DNA of 64,000 nucleotides from Desulfobacterales bacterium (lineage in GTDB: Bacteria > Desulfobacterota > Desulfobacteria > Desulfobacterales > UBA5852): assembly GCA_963674755.2 (NCBI GenBank), contig CAXXVS010000002.1:1632001-1696000 (forward strand). Reading direction: 5' to 3'. A model generated the notes under the pieces. It did not search any database, had not been told where the DNA came from, and was given only the letters and a program-made list of their open reading frames with translations. The stretch's first letter is position 1; each line of letters opens with the position of its first letter. Made by a program: the position numbers and the translations under genes. This document shows positions 29,350-39,841 of this stretch, piece by piece.

Positions 29350-30504
29350 ATGAGCAAACAGTTTTCGCCACAGATGCTGATGAATGAAGCGGTTGAATCC
29401 ACCGGTTTGGCGGATTTCGGCACAATTCCGTTCCGGGACGGGCTGGAGGCCTTGGTGGAGGCCATCAACGGGCAAGACGATTGGTATGAAAACGCCCTGG
29501 TCTACCTGCACGCCAAAATCGTTCAGATTTTGGCCAACCGCCTTCAGATAACCGATTTTATGGGCGCCAATCCCACCATCGCCGATGAAGAAATCGTGCA
29601 GCCCCTCATCATTGTCGGCTTGCCGCGGAGCGGAACAACGATCCTGCAAACCCTGCTGGCCCTCGATCCCCAATGCCGGTTCCTGCGAAACTGGGAAACG
29701 GCCATGAATATCCTGCCGCTTCCCAGGCTGTTGCACAGCGCGGCTGACCCGAGAATTGCGGCCTTTCACAGCACCGTCGGCGGCCTGCTGGAGATGGCCC
29801 CGACCCTGAATGCCATCAACGGGCTGAACTTTCTGGCCGGCGGCACGGCCGAGTGCCAAAACCTCATGGCCCATGCCTTCCGGAGCATGGAATACTGCGC
29901 CGGATTCGGTCTGCGCGCCTATGGGGAGTGGCTTTTGGCATGCAACATGGCCCCTGGTTATCGCTATCACAAACTGCTCCTGCAACTGCTCCAGCACCAT
30001 ATGCCGAACCAGCACTGGGTCCTGAAAGCGCCCATGCACCTGATCGCACTCGATAGGCTGCTGGATACCTACCCGGATGCACGGATCGTATTTACCCACC
30101 GCGCCCCCTTCGACGCCATGCTTTCCGGATCGAGCCTGGTTTACCACTGGAGTACCTTGGCTTCCGAGCATCCCGACAAAAAGCAAATCGGGAGCTGGTT
30201 TCCGGGACTGTGGGCCAAGGCGCTGCAAAAAGCTCTCACAGCGAGAGCACCCATGGCGCCGGATCGCTTCTTGGATGTCGATTTCGATCAATTCAACAAC
30301 GATCCCATCGGAACCGTCAATTCGATCTATGCGCATTTCCAAATGACGGTCAGCCCGGGCCATGCGAAACGAATGGCTGCCTGGCTGCGGGATAACCCGC
30401 GGTCGTCTTTTGGAAAACATGCCTATAAAGCCGATGACTTCGGCATTATACCGGAAATCGAAGAGAGCCGATTTGCTTTTTATAAAATGCAATTCAATGT
30501 GTAG
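29350..30504 (+). CDS. Sulfotransferase family protein
   Basis: PAPS-binding GLPRSGTT; WVLKAPMHL. Confidence 0.88.
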   Translation: MSKQFSPQMLMNEAVESTGLADFGTIPFRDGLEALVEAINGQDDWYENALVYLHAKIVQILANRLQITDFMGANPTIADEEIVQPLIIVGLPRSGTTILQTLLALDPQCRFLRNWETAMNILPLPRLLHSAADPRIAAFHSTVGGLLEMAPTLNAINGLNFLAGGTAECQNLMAHAFRSMEYCAGFGLRAYGEWLLACNMAPGYRYHKLLLQLLQHHMPNQHWVLKAPMHLIALDRLLDTYPDARIVFTHRAPFDAMLSGSSLVYHWSTLASEHPDKKQIGSWFPGLWAKALQKALTARAPMAPDRFLDVDFDQFNNDPIGTVNSIYAHFQMTVSPGHAKRMAAWLRDNPRSSFGKHAYKADDFGIIPEIEESRFAFYKMQFNV

Positions 30505-30610
30505 AATCGCCGGGCCAACCATAAATCATTTATAGCGCTCCCCACGACAGCTATAGTGGAAGTCCCCGAAAGGGTTCAATCGGTCGGGAGTGCTTTTCAC
30601 TAAATGGTTT

Positions 30611-30799
30611 CTTCATTTTCTTTCACGTGAAAGAAAACAGAAGCAAAAGAAAACGCCCGTGTCCCGCTTCTCCCTGCGCGTCGTCGCAACAGCCGGAGCA
30701 CGCGGAAACTCACCCACCTACGGCGAGCCTTCGGCGGGTTCAGACAGTCCGCGCGCTTTTATCCGGCCGCAACGCCGATGCTCAGCGCGGGACAAAGGG
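30611..30799 (-). repeat. Structured intergenic repeat, copy C (reverse orientation)
   Basis: Reverse complement of copies A/B. Confidence 0.9.
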
Positions 30800-30898
30800 A
30801 GATTCAAAACCAAAACCTTCAAAACCCTTCTCCCCCCTTTCTCTAAACAGGCGACACGCGGAAGATGGTTTTCCTATACCCGAATGATCGGGCACCTA

Positions 30899-30915
30899 TT
30901 GGCACAAGCCTTGCT
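30899..30915 (+). promoter_or_regulatory. Sigma54 (-24/-12) promoter
   Basis: TTGGCACAAGCCTTGCT, GG-N10-GC, about 100 bp before 31015. Confidence 0.8.
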
Positions 30916-31014
30916 CAACTATTCAGCAGATGCCGTTAAACAGGATTTCGTCCACACTTTTGTAGACAACGACGACAAAAGTGTCGGCTACCCTACAACA
31001 AAAATGGAAAAGCC

Positions 31015-32040
31015 ATGCAGATCCTCGACCAGCTCATGGCCTCGGTCATCCAATCGGGCCAACAGGACAATCCGGATCCCGCCGAACTCGACCTGCTCCT
31101 CTATTCCCCCTGCCCGGTCAAATTGGCCGTGAAGGAACGCCTGGACACTGTGATGGGAGAGTACGAGGCAGCCGGTGACCCCCTGCGCATCCACATTCCC
31201 ATGGGCTGCACCTCCGTCGATCCCTACGATCCCCTGTACCGGGAAACCGACCCGGACAAGCTGCCCGGCATCATCGCCTCCATCGGCTTCGGGGATTTCT
31301 TCCGCCCGGAATTTGCCGAGCGCTTCGTGAAGACAGGCCTGTTCGAGGCCGTGCTGCCCGATCAAGTCCACCCCCTGCACCAGCAAGCCGGCATTGTGGA
31401 CCCGGAGGGGCACTACACGGTCTATGCCCTCACCCCCTACATCTTCATGGTGGATACGGTCCGTCTCGGCGGCACGCCCCCGCCCCAGCGCTGGGAGGAC
31501 CTGCTCCATCCGCGCTACCGGGGCCAGATCAACATGTGCGGGGATGGGGACGACATGGCGGATGCGGTCCTCATGGGCATCTATCAGGCATTCGGCATGG
31601 CCGGCATCGAGGCCCTGGCCGCCAACGCCCACGGACTCATGCACTCCTCGCGCATGGGCAAATCCGGCGGCGCGGCCAAAGCCGGCGGCATTTACATCCT
31701 CCCCTATTTCTTCGCGGAAACCTCCCGGCAGCCCGCCCACATGCAGGTGATCTGGCCCGAGGACGGCACGGCCGCCAGCCCCATCTATTTCCTGGCCCAA
31801 CGCAACGCCCGCCCCCGGCTGGACAAATTGTTATCCTTCTTCACCCGGGGCTTCGGCGCGATCCCCAGCGCCCGCTGGTTCCTGCCCCTGGGCGGGCCCC
31901 TGCCGGAAAACCTGCCCCTTGAAGCCCGCATCAAGTGGGTGGGCTGGGACTTCATCCGGGAGAACGACATCACCGCCCTGCGCGACGCGCTGAACAGCAC
32001 CTTCCGAGGCCTGGTCCGGGAGACGCCGTGCGCCTCGTAA
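31015..32040 (+). CDS. ABC-type substrate-binding-fold protein lacking a signal peptide
   Basis: PQRWEDLLHPRYRG and WPEDGTAASP motifs; N-terminal PCPVK; no hydrophobic leader. Confidence 0.75.
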   Translation: MQILDQLMASVIQSGQQDNPDPAELDLLLYSPCPVKLAVKERLDTVMGEYEAAGDPLRIHIPMGCTSVDPYDPLYRETDPDKLPGIIASIGFGDFFRPEFAERFVKTGLFEAVLPDQVHPLHQQAGIVDPEGHYTVYALTPYIFMVDTVRLGGTPPPQRWEDLLHPRYRGQINMCGDGDDMADAVLMGIYQAFGMAGIEALAANAHGLMHSSRMGKSGGAAKAGGIYILPYFFAETSRQPAHMQVIWPEDGTAASPIYFLAQRNARPRLDKLLSFFTRGFGAIPSARWFLPLGGPLPENLPLEARIKWVGWDFIRENDITALRDALNSTFRGLVRETPCAS

Positions 32041-32729
32041 CCGTGGCCGGGCCGCCCTCCTGCGGCAAGACGGCGGTCCTCACCCGGGCCTGCGCCGAGC
32101 TGCTGCGCCGGAATGTCTCCTGCGCCGTGGTCAAGTTCGACTGCCTGCAAACCCGGGATGACGCCGTCTATGCGGCCGCCGGCATTCCGGCCACGGCCGC
32201 CCTTTCCGGCGGCTTGTGCCCGGACCACTTCTTCGCCACCAACCTGGAGGAGGCCTTTGCCTGGGCGCAGGACAGCGGGGCCGAATGCTGCATCGTGGAA
32301 ACGGCCGGGCTGTGCAACCGCTGCTCCCCCCACCTGCGCGGGGCCCTGGCCCTGTGCATCATCGACAACCTCATGGGCATCGAAGCGCCGAAGAAGATCG
32401 GCCCCATGCTGCGTCTGGCCGACCTGGTGCTGGTGACCAAGGGCGATCTGGTCTCCCAGGCCGAGCGCGAGGTCTACCGCCACCGCATCCGGCAGATGAA
32501 TGCCAAGGCCGTCATCCGGCACATCAACGGCCTCACCGGCCAGGGCTGCCGGGATCTGGCCACGATCCTGGCCATGGCCCCGCAAATCGCATCGGTCACG
32601 GACATGCGCCTGCGCTTTGCCATGCCGGCCGCGGTCTGCTCCTATTGTCTGAGCGAAACCCGCATCGGCAGCCGCTACCAGAAGGGCAATGTGAAAAAGA
32701 CGGCCTTCGGGGGGGACCATGACCGATAG
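32028..32729 (+). CDS. HypB/UreG/CobW-like GTPase
   Basis: GPPSCGKT, LCPDH, ETAGLCNRCSP, TKGD, CSYC; GTG start overlapping previous gene. Confidence 0.85.
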   Translation: MRLVTVAGPPSCGKTAVLTRACAELLRRNVSCAVVKFDCLQTRDDAVYAAAGIPATAALSGGLCPDHFFATNLEEAFAWAQDSGAECCIVETAGLCNRCSPHLRGALALCIIDNLMGIEAPKKIGPMLRLADLVLVTKGDLVSQAEREVYRHRIRQMNAKAVIRHINGLTGQGCRDLATILAMAPQIASVTDMRLRFAMPAAVCSYCLSETRIGSRYQKGNVKKTAFGGDHDR

Positions 32730-33489
32730 CGCCCTCACCCTGCAGCGCCTGACCGTTACGGCCGGTTGCGACAAGTCCGGCCGGGACGAAACACGGGATG
32801 TGGTCTTCACCCCCGGGGAAATCACGGCCCTGCTCGGCCCTACGGGCTCCGGCAAAAGCCGTTTCCTGTACGACATCGAATCCCTGGCCGACCGGGACAC
32901 CCCCTCCCGGCGCGGCGTTCTCCTGGACGATGCCCCGCCCGACCCGGAACGGCGCTTCGCCCTCCAGGGCCGGCTGGTGGCCCAGCTTACCCAGAACATG
33001 AACTTCGTCCTGGACATGGGGGTGCACGACTTCATCCGCACCCATGCCGAAAGCCGGGGCGTGAACGATCCCGAGGCCACGGCCGAAAAGGTAATCCGGG
33101 CCGCCAACGACCTGGCCGGCGAACCCTTCCGGGCAGACAGCCAGCTCACCCAGCTCTCGGGGGGGCAATCCCGGGCCCTGATGATCGCGGATGCGGCCCT
33201 GCTGAGCTGGTCCCCGGTGCTGCTCATCGACGAAATCGAAAACGCGGGCGTGGACAAGGGCCGGGCCCTGGACCTTTTGGTCAAAAGCGACAAGATCGTG
33301 GTTATCGCCACCCACGATCCGGTGTTGGCCCTGTCCGCCAATCGACGGCTGGTGTTCGAAAATGGTGCCGTGCGTGATGTGATCATGCGCTCGGCCACCG
33401 AAGAACGTCTTCTGGCCCGCGTGGAGGAAATGGAAGCGGAATACGCGCGCCTTCGCACCTGTCTCAGGCAGGGCGCTCCGCTGGAATGA
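32719..33489 (+). CDS. ABC-type ATP-binding protein
   Basis: GPTGSGKS, LSGGQ, LLIDEIE, ATHD. Confidence 0.9.
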   Translation: MTDSALTLQRLTVTAGCDKSGRDETRDVVFTPGEITALLGPTGSGKSRFLYDIESLADRDTPSRRGVLLDDAPPDPERRFALQGRLVAQLTQNMNFVLDMGVHDFIRTHAESRGVNDPEATAEKVIRAANDLAGEPFRADSQLTQLSGGQSRALMIADAALLSWSPVLLIDEIENAGVDKGRALDLLVKSDKIVVIATHDPVLALSANRRLVFENGAVRDVIMRSATEERLLARVEEMEAEYARLRTCLRQGAPLE

Positions 33490-33523
33490 GGCAACCATGC
33501 CGGCAACCGCAAGGAGAAAGCCA

Positions 33524-34333
33524 ATGAAGACCTTTGTATTTCTGCACGATGCGTTTCAGGGCGGTTGGATCTGGCGGGATGCGGCCCGGAGCCTGCGCAG
33601 TCTGGGCTGCGAGGCCTACACCCCCAGCTTCACCGGCTGCGGCGCCCGCCGCCATCTGACCGTTGACGGCTCTCCCCGGGCCACCTACCTGGCCGACATC
33701 GAAAACCTGTTTATCCACGAGAATATTCCCCAGGCCGCGCTGGTCTGCCACGGCTTTGCCGGCATGCTGGCCCCCTTGTTGGCCCGGCGGCTGGGCGCCA
33801 AAGTGCAGGCCATCATCTTTTTGGAGGCCGCCCTCCCGGAGAAGGGCGAAAGCTTCATGGATCTGGCCCAGCCACCCCTGGCCGCGCTGCTGCGCCAGCG
33901 CGAACACAACGGCATGGTTCGCCCGGTTGAACCGTCCCTGTTCCATACCCTGGAGCTGGGCGATTACTTTCAAGACCGGCTCGGCCCCTTTCCCATGCGC
34001 GCTTTTACCGAAACATACGATGGCCCGGAGCCGGTCCGTTGGCCTCCTAGTGTTTACCTCTACTGCGGCGCCAACCAGACCCCCTTCAACACGGCCATGC
34101 TGGCACGGGCCCGCACCCGCGGTCTGGACGCCCACGACTGCGCCCTGGACGCCGTCCCGGTACTGGCCCGCTTCGGCGAGATCGCCCGCCTGCTCGACGC
34201 CATGGTGCCACAGCCGGCCTCTTCGCTACCCTATGAAGGCTGCGGCCGGCCGCGCATGCCGGAGCATATGCGTCTCCTGCATTGTCCCCGCTACCGCCAG
34301 CGCATGGCCCTGGCCCGTTCCCATGGGGATTAG
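33524..34333 (+). CDS. Alpha/beta hydrolase-fold protein with degenerate catalytic motif
   Basis: MKTFVFLHDAFQGGWIW, TPSFTGCG; nucleophile elbow reads CHGFAG. Confidence 0.75.
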   Translation: MKTFVFLHDAFQGGWIWRDAARSLRSLGCEAYTPSFTGCGARRHLTVDGSPRATYLADIENLFIHENIPQAALVCHGFAGMLAPLLARRLGAKVQAIIFLEAALPEKGESFMDLAQPPLAALLRQREHNGMVRPVEPSLFHTLELGDYFQDRLGPFPMRAFTETYDGPEPVRWPPSVYLYCGANQTPFNTAMLARARTRGLDAHDCALDAVPVLARFGEIARLLDAMVPQPASSLPYEGCGRPRMPEHMRLLHCPRYRQRMALARSHGD

Positions 34334-34452
34334 AAGTGATCTCAAATTCAGAAAGCCCCGGATCGATAAAACCTCCCAGGGCCTCCAACAGCGATGGATT
34401 GCATTAGGAATAGATCAGGCGGGAAGTCCTGCCGTGGGGTGAGACGCCCTTC

Positions 34453-35157
34453 TTAGCGCTCAAGAAGAAAACGCCTGTAGATTTGGAACGGCTCGGTTTC
34501 TTGATAGGTTATGGCACTTACCGGGCTATGGTCAAAACTGTAAATCTGAGCATCTTCGCATGCCAGCAAAATGGGCGAATGGGTTGCGATGAAGAACTGG
34601 GCCTGTCCCCCTTTGCTATTTTCTTGAAGCATACCCAGCAACGCAAGCTGACTTTTAGGCGAGAGGGCCGTCTCCGGTTCATCCAGAAAATAGATGCCTT
34701 TCAACCGATAGCGGGACCGAAAATACGACATGACCGATTGGCCATGGGATTGCGTCATCAGAGATTTCCCACCGACATACTGCAATTGATCGGGATCCGA
34801 GGCGGCCCAATTATCGACGATTCTCCTGAAGTCGTTAAATATTTCCGAACCGAAATAGGATCCCGGCACCTTTCCATTGGCCCATTCCAACGAAATGTAT
34901 TGGTAAAGTTGTTTTTCATAGGGGTTAACCTGGTAGCGCACACCTTCACGTTTGCGCCAGATATGGATATCGCTCGCAAGGGCCAATGCCTCCAACAAGG
35001 TGGACTTGCCCGTACCATTCTCCCCCACAAAAAACGTTACCGGAAATTCGAACCGCAGTTGTTTGGTTTGATTGAAAATCGGTAAGGAAAAGGGGTAATG
35101 ACAATCCGTCGGGTATTTCTCATGGTGCAAAGCCACACGGGTGATGTGATTGTTCAT
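34453..35157 (-). CDS. Predicted ABC/AAA ATPase
   Basis: VGENGTGKSTLLEA, SHGQS, LDEPETALSP, ATHSP. Confidence 0.9.
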   Translation of the reverse strand: MNNHITRVALHHEKYPTDCHYPFSLPIFNQTKQLRFEFPVTFFVGENGTGKSTLLEALALASDIHIWRKREGVRYQVNPYEKQLYQYISLEWANGKVPGSYFGSEIFNDFRRIVDNWAASDPDQLQYVGGKSLMTQSHGQSVMSYFRSRYRLKGIYFLDEPETALSPKSQLALLGMLQENSKGGQAQFFIATHSPILLACEDAQIYSFDHSPVSAITYQETEPFQIYRRFLLER

Positions 35158-35312
35158 TAGGTTGACCCAATTTCCTCAAATAAACGTGATTTTAATATCG
35201 ATTTTTTTAGACAGCTAACGTTTTGATAACCGGTCAGCGAATTTATCACCCCGGTCCGGGTCCGGCCTGTTAAGTGGCCGGGTATTGCGCGTATGATGCA
35301 TTCTGGTCACAT

Positions 35313-35519
35313 TCATAGGACGCGTACCTTGCTTCCTGGTCGTGATGTCTCATGGAAAACATCATCTAAGAAACCTGGCAAATCCTCAGGTGATACCTCA
35401 GAGGGGATAACGATATCATGCACAGGTTTGCGATAACCATTGCCAAGTTTATAAACTTGCCATCGTCCGTGCTCGCGCTCTACCTGGAGCTGGAATTTTC
35501 CATAGATATCGAACTTCAT
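35313..35519 (-). CDS. Small hypothetical protein
   Basis: 68-aa ORF MKFDIYGKFQLQV..FLDDVFHE. Confidence 0.6.
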   Translation of the reverse strand: MKFDIYGKFQLQVEREHGRWQVYKLGNGYRKPVHDIVIPSEVSPEDLPGFLDDVFHETSRPGSKVRVL

Positions 35520-36337
35520 GCTTTGGCCAGCATCGCAAAGAGAACCCGAATAGCGAGGCGTTTGCCACACTTTATTCGCAATGGCATGTGAGCCTTCCAT
35601 CCCAGCCTATCCAAAAAACCTGAATACCCTTCAATTTGTTTTTTTCCCGCCGACAATGAATCGGCCCTCCCCCCTATCTTGTATCTTTCGTTGCGCAATA
35701 ACGCATCCCCAGGCGGTCATTTGTCCGCCATGGCCGGGGGATGAAAGCGACCGGTCTTGGGGGGCCTTCCCGAGCGTCCGGTCCACCGGATCGTTGCACG
35801 ACGGAAGCAACTCCCCCACCGCAAGGCAGCGGGGAATCAACCTCTTGTCAGCCTCGGGCGGATCCAACCATAGCTTTATGACATTGCGAAATCAAGTGAT
35901 CGCCGTTTCTTGAACGGGCTTGCCCCCCCGCCGCCGTTCTTGCGTAGAGGGATGTGGTGTGAGGTGGTGAAAACGTCTTTGCGGACCCGGAGCGCCGGCA
36001 CGGTTCGAAAGTCGCCCGTCTTTGATAGACACTACGCGATACTTTTTTTCAGGACACATAGGGCTGGCACAAGGGGCATTCCGCCGCGACGGAATAGAAA
36101 CAGTCTATTCCGAAAATCAGCGGAAATGTCGCGAAAAGATTGTGGGAAAATCGACATGGAGCAACCTTGCGGAAACAAAAAGTTTTGAAAAACGACTTTA
36201 AATTGCAAATCGAGAATAAATAAATTTTTAAAAATTGGATATTTTAACAACGTTTTGACTTGTAATTCATAAAACAGACGCTATATTAGTCGGGACGATT
36301 GGTCATTATTTTAACTTTTAATCAAGGAGAACCTCGC

Positions 36338-36673
36338 ATGCCCAAGAAAAAGAAAGTTGATGCCAAAAAACTGATCAAAATGGTCAAAGACGAAACCCCC
36401 CAGCCGGAAATCATGAAAGCGTTTGGTTTCAAAACATCGGTGCAGTTGAAAAACTCTTACATGAACGCCCTCATCGAGCAAGGCTCGGTTGCGCCGATCA
36501 AAAAAGGCCGGGGAGCTGCCAAAAAGACCATCTCCAACGAGGTCAACGTGGGCAAACGCGGCAGCATCATCGTTCCCAAGGGCTTGGTCGAGGAATTGGG
36601 GTTCGTGGAAAACGACACCTTCTTAGTTCGCAAAACCAAAGCGGGGATTTCCTTGAAGCGACTCTACAAATAA
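36338..36673 (+). CDS. AbrB/MazE-like DNA-binding protein
   Basis: VGKRGSIIVPK motif; AAGGAG RBS; terminator follows. Confidence 0.8.
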   Translation: MPKKKKVDAKKLIKMVKDETPQPEIMKAFGFKTSVQLKNSYMNALIEQGSVAPIKKGRGAAKKTISNEVNVGKRGSIIVPKGLVEELGFVENDTFLVRKTKAGISLKRLYK

Positions 36674-36700
36674 TTTTCTTTGCACCTGTTATTGCTGACG

Positions 36701-36734
36701 AATAAAGGCGGACCGGAAACGGCCCGCCTTTATT
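36701..36734. terminator. Bidirectional intrinsic terminator
   Basis: AATAAAGGCGG..CCGCCTTTATT between convergent genes. Confidence 0.75.
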
Positions 36735-36746
36735 ATTTCGACCGAT

Positions 36747-39059
36747 TTAATTTATCGTGAAATCGAATCGGCACTTATCGGATAATTCTGATTCAGTTGA
36801 AATAGATCCGTAACTTTTTGCGACATCAGAAAAACCATCTCCATCTAAAACCGACTTTATCACCCGCGCGAGTTCTTCAAGCATCAGCGGCTTTTTCAGG
36901 TATTGGCTGGCGCCGAGTTCGATCGCTTTCTTAACCTGCTTTGTTTCGGCGAAACCGCTCACGATGATCGCTTTTTGATCCGGCCGGATCTTTTTTACCC
37001 GTTCGTAGGTCTCCTGCCCGTCCATTCCGGGATCCATGATCATATCGAGAATGAGAAGGTCCACCTGGTGGCCCTTGACATAGTCGACGGCGGCCTCCCC
37101 GCTGGAAACGGCCCCGGCCTGATAGCCCAATTGTTCCAGCATCTGACAGGTGATCACTCTCTGGCTGGCCACATCGTCCACCACCAGGATGGTCTGCCCA
37201 TGGCCGTAAAAATGGGTCAGGTCGATGCGGGCCTTTTCGTCGGCGATCTTTTCGCGTGTTATGGGAAAGTAAATATCAAAACGTGTACCGTGCCTGCCGG
37301 TCGTCACATCGATATAGCCCCCATGGTCCTGGACCACGTTCCACACCAGCGCCAGACCCAGGCCGGTACCGCTCCGGCCCATGACCTTTTTGGTGTAGAA
37401 GGGCTCGAAAATCCGTTTGAGGTCATCATCGGATATCCCCGGGCCGTCGTCGAAAACCGACAGAACGGCATACTCGCCGATTTCAACATCATGATAGCCC
37501 CGCAGCGGTCGATCGAGATAGCGGTTGGCGGTTGCAACCGATAGTCGGCCACTGCCCTCGATGGCTTCGGCGGCGTTGGAAATGAGGTTCATGATCACCT
37601 TGCCCATGTGGATGGCCGACCCTTTGATGGGCAGCAACCGGGGATCCAGATCCACGGCCACGGACACCGCGGAATGGAACTTCAGCAGTTTGCCATGCTC
37701 GGGAGACTTCAGATAGCTTTTGACCGCTTCGTTCACGTCCAGCGGCCGTTTTTGCACGGCCACGCCCCGCGCCACGGTCAGCAGGTCCTGTACGATGGCG
37801 GCCGCCCGTTTGCCGGATTCCTGCATGGTGCGAATCGGTTCTCGCAGAGGACTGACCTTGGGCAGTTTCAGAAGAATCAAATCCGGGTAGCTGACAATGC
37901 CGCAGAGAACATTGTTCAGATCGTGGGCCACACCGCCGGCCAGAAGTCCGAGCGACTCCATTTTACGGAGCCGGGCAATTTTTTCTTCCTTTTCCTTCAG
38001 GGTAATTTCTTCGCGGATGCGCTCCGTGACATCCCGCAAAACAGCCAGTACCGCCGGACGTCTGCGGTAGTGGATGGTGTTGGCCCTGATTTCGGCGATG
38101 ATTTCCTCACCCTCGGCCCGCTGGATACGAACCGTCAGCAAACCGGGCGGATCCGTCTGATCTGCCGACCGATTGTCGTATTGCGATACGGCCTTGCGAT
38201 CTTCGGGTACGACCATTTCAAGAAAGGTTTCAAAGGCCATATCGGCTGCCGGCTGCCCGATCAGGGTGCTGGCGGCCGGGTTGGCAAAGACGGTCCGGCC
38301 GTCTTGAACCACGACGATGGCATCATTGGCGAATTCCGAGATCATGCGGTATTTGTCTTCCGACTCGGTTTCGAAAAATCGACTAAAAACGATCCAGAGG
38401 GCGATCATGGAAAACCCAAGGAAACCGTACTCCATGAAATATTGATAGGCCGGCATGCCCAGCGCGGCGAAACCGTCATGAATGCCGAGCACCGTCCAAA
38501 GAATGATACCGGCCATATAGAGGGGTTTGGAGGTCCGATAGGGATCTTTGTGGCGCGCCCATATCACAAGCAAAACCAGACCCGCCAGGGACGCATACAG
38601 CACAAAAAGAAATCCCAGCGGACCCAGGTCCGCTTCGATAAAGGGCTGTGCCATTCCACTGAAATGACGGCCGACAAATCGATCGGCTACCAGAAGGTCG
38701 GAAAACCACAGCAGCATGACGACCATCGTATGGAAAAGGCCCGCGATGCGGTGGTAGCGGCCTGCGGCGATATCAAAATAAGTGAAGCTAAACCCGTACA
38801 ACGAATGGATTAAAAAAATGACCGCCGTCCATTCCAGCAGACCGGCCGATCGATTGAGAACCCCGGGAGGGGTGTTGTATTCCAGGAAAACACCGATGGC
38901 GAACAGCATGGCAGAGAAAGATATGGCCATGCTCCAGGCGTAAAGCGTGAATCGGGGTTTGCGAAAGAGGGCAATGCCCTGCAGGATGACCATCATAAGG
39001 GCCACGACACCGACCGACAAAGACCCTGCCGACTGCAACACGATGTTTCCGAATGGCAT
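36747..39059 (-). CDS. Hybrid sensor histidine kinase (membrane region, PAS, HisKA, HATPase, receiver)
   Basis: AGGVAHDLNN, FEPFYTKK..GTGLGL, ILVVDD..LDMIM. Confidence 0.92.
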   Translation of the reverse strand: MPFGNIVLQSAGSLSVGVVALMMVILQGIALFRKPRFTLYAWSMAISFSAMLFAIGVFLEYNTPPGVLNRSAGLLEWTAVIFLIHSLYGFSFTYFDIAAGRYHRIAGLFHTMVVMLLWFSDLLVADRFVGRHFSGMAQPFIEADLGPLGFLFVLYASLAGLVLLVIWARHKDPYRTSKPLYMAGIILWTVLGIHDGFAALGMPAYQYFMEYGFLGFSMIALWIVFSRFFETESEDKYRMISEFANDAIVVVQDGRTVFANPAASTLIGQPAADMAFETFLEMVVPEDRKAVSQYDNRSADQTDPPGLLTVRIQRAEGEEIIAEIRANTIHYRRRPAVLAVLRDVTERIREEITLKEKEEKIARLRKMESLGLLAGGVAHDLNNVLCGIVSYPDLILLKLPKVSPLREPIRTMQESGKRAAAIVQDLLTVARGVAVQKRPLDVNEAVKSYLKSPEHGKLLKFHSAVSVAVDLDPRLLPIKGSAIHMGKVIMNLISNAAEAIEGSGRLSVATANRYLDRPLRGYHDVEIGEYAVLSVFDDGPGISDDDLKRIFEPFYTKKVMGRSGTGLGLALVWNVVQDHGGYIDVTTGRHGTRFDIYFPITREKIADEKARIDLTHFYGHGQTILVVDDVASQRVITCQMLEQLGYQAGAVSSGEAAVDYVKGHQVDLLILDMIMDPGMDGQETYERVKKIRPDQKAIIVSGFAETKQVKKAIELGASQYLKKPLMLEELARVIKSVLDGDGFSDVAKSYGSISTESELSDKCRFDFTIN

Positions 39060-39388
39060 TTCCGTATTCCTTACCAGGGGTCCGCACCCCATTCGAGCGT
39101 GCTATAAGCGGGTCCCCTTCTACAGGGACGCGCTGTTCGAATTCTTTGCGATGGCCGGCGTCGTGGAAAAATCCTCGATCCGTATCGATAACGCAAAAGA
39201 CGGGATCGGATCTGGCCCCGCCTTTCTCTTTTGGGCCATCTTCGGCGTTATTGATCCCGATAGTCGCTTTTTTAGAGCATTGGGGAATTAGAGCCGCCAA
39301 AAATTCAGTTATCGGACGGTTTTGAAAAAACTTGAAAGGGTGCAAATCGGAAGGAGGGGCGCCGGCCACTCTTTTATTCATGGGCCGA

Positions 39389-39748
39389 TCATTCACTCAG
39401 CCATGCCAACGCCTTTTCGATCTCGCGGCGGTCAAAATACCGGGCCTGGATTCCGCCGAAGAGCCCGAATAGCGCAATCCAGGTATCCTCCCAGGTATGC
39501 CTGCCGATCACCGCCATTCTGACCAGTTTATCGCTGGCGATCTTGGCAAACCGCATGTTGTCGTAAAGATCTTCGGCGCTGATCATCCCCGGCGCGGCAT
39601 CGTAGGCCACCAGCAGCCGGACCGGGCCGTGTTGTGCAAAGCGCTCCTCGATCTGGTGGACGAGCGCCTTGGTTTCGGACCGGCTCACGTCCCCTGTGAT
39701 GTGCAGCCCCATAAAGGGACCCTCTGAAGGCGGTATGCGTTTGTACAT
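39389..39748 (-). CDS. STAS/SEC14 (SpoIIAA-like) domain protein
   Basis: HGPVRLLV, RMAVIG, RYFD..ALAWL. Confidence 0.8.
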   Translation of the reverse strand: MYKRIPPSEGPFMGLHITGDVSRSETKALVHQIEERFAQHGPVRLLVAYDAAPGMISAEDLYDNMRFAKIASDKLVRMAVIGRHTWEDTWIALFGLFGGIQARYFDRREIEKALAWLSE

Positions 39749-39841
39749 GAGCTTCCCTTCCTTATTAGATGGATTACATCCAAAAGGTTTGGCTGGTGTC
39801 CTCGCGTTGCCAAGAAGGAGGCGCGGAGGGTCCAGGAATCG

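Noticed and set aside
35700..35880. GC-rich hairpin-prone intergenic stretch, possible ncRNA or IS605-type end
   Set aside because: No recognisable riboswitch or RNA motif, and no second copy in the window
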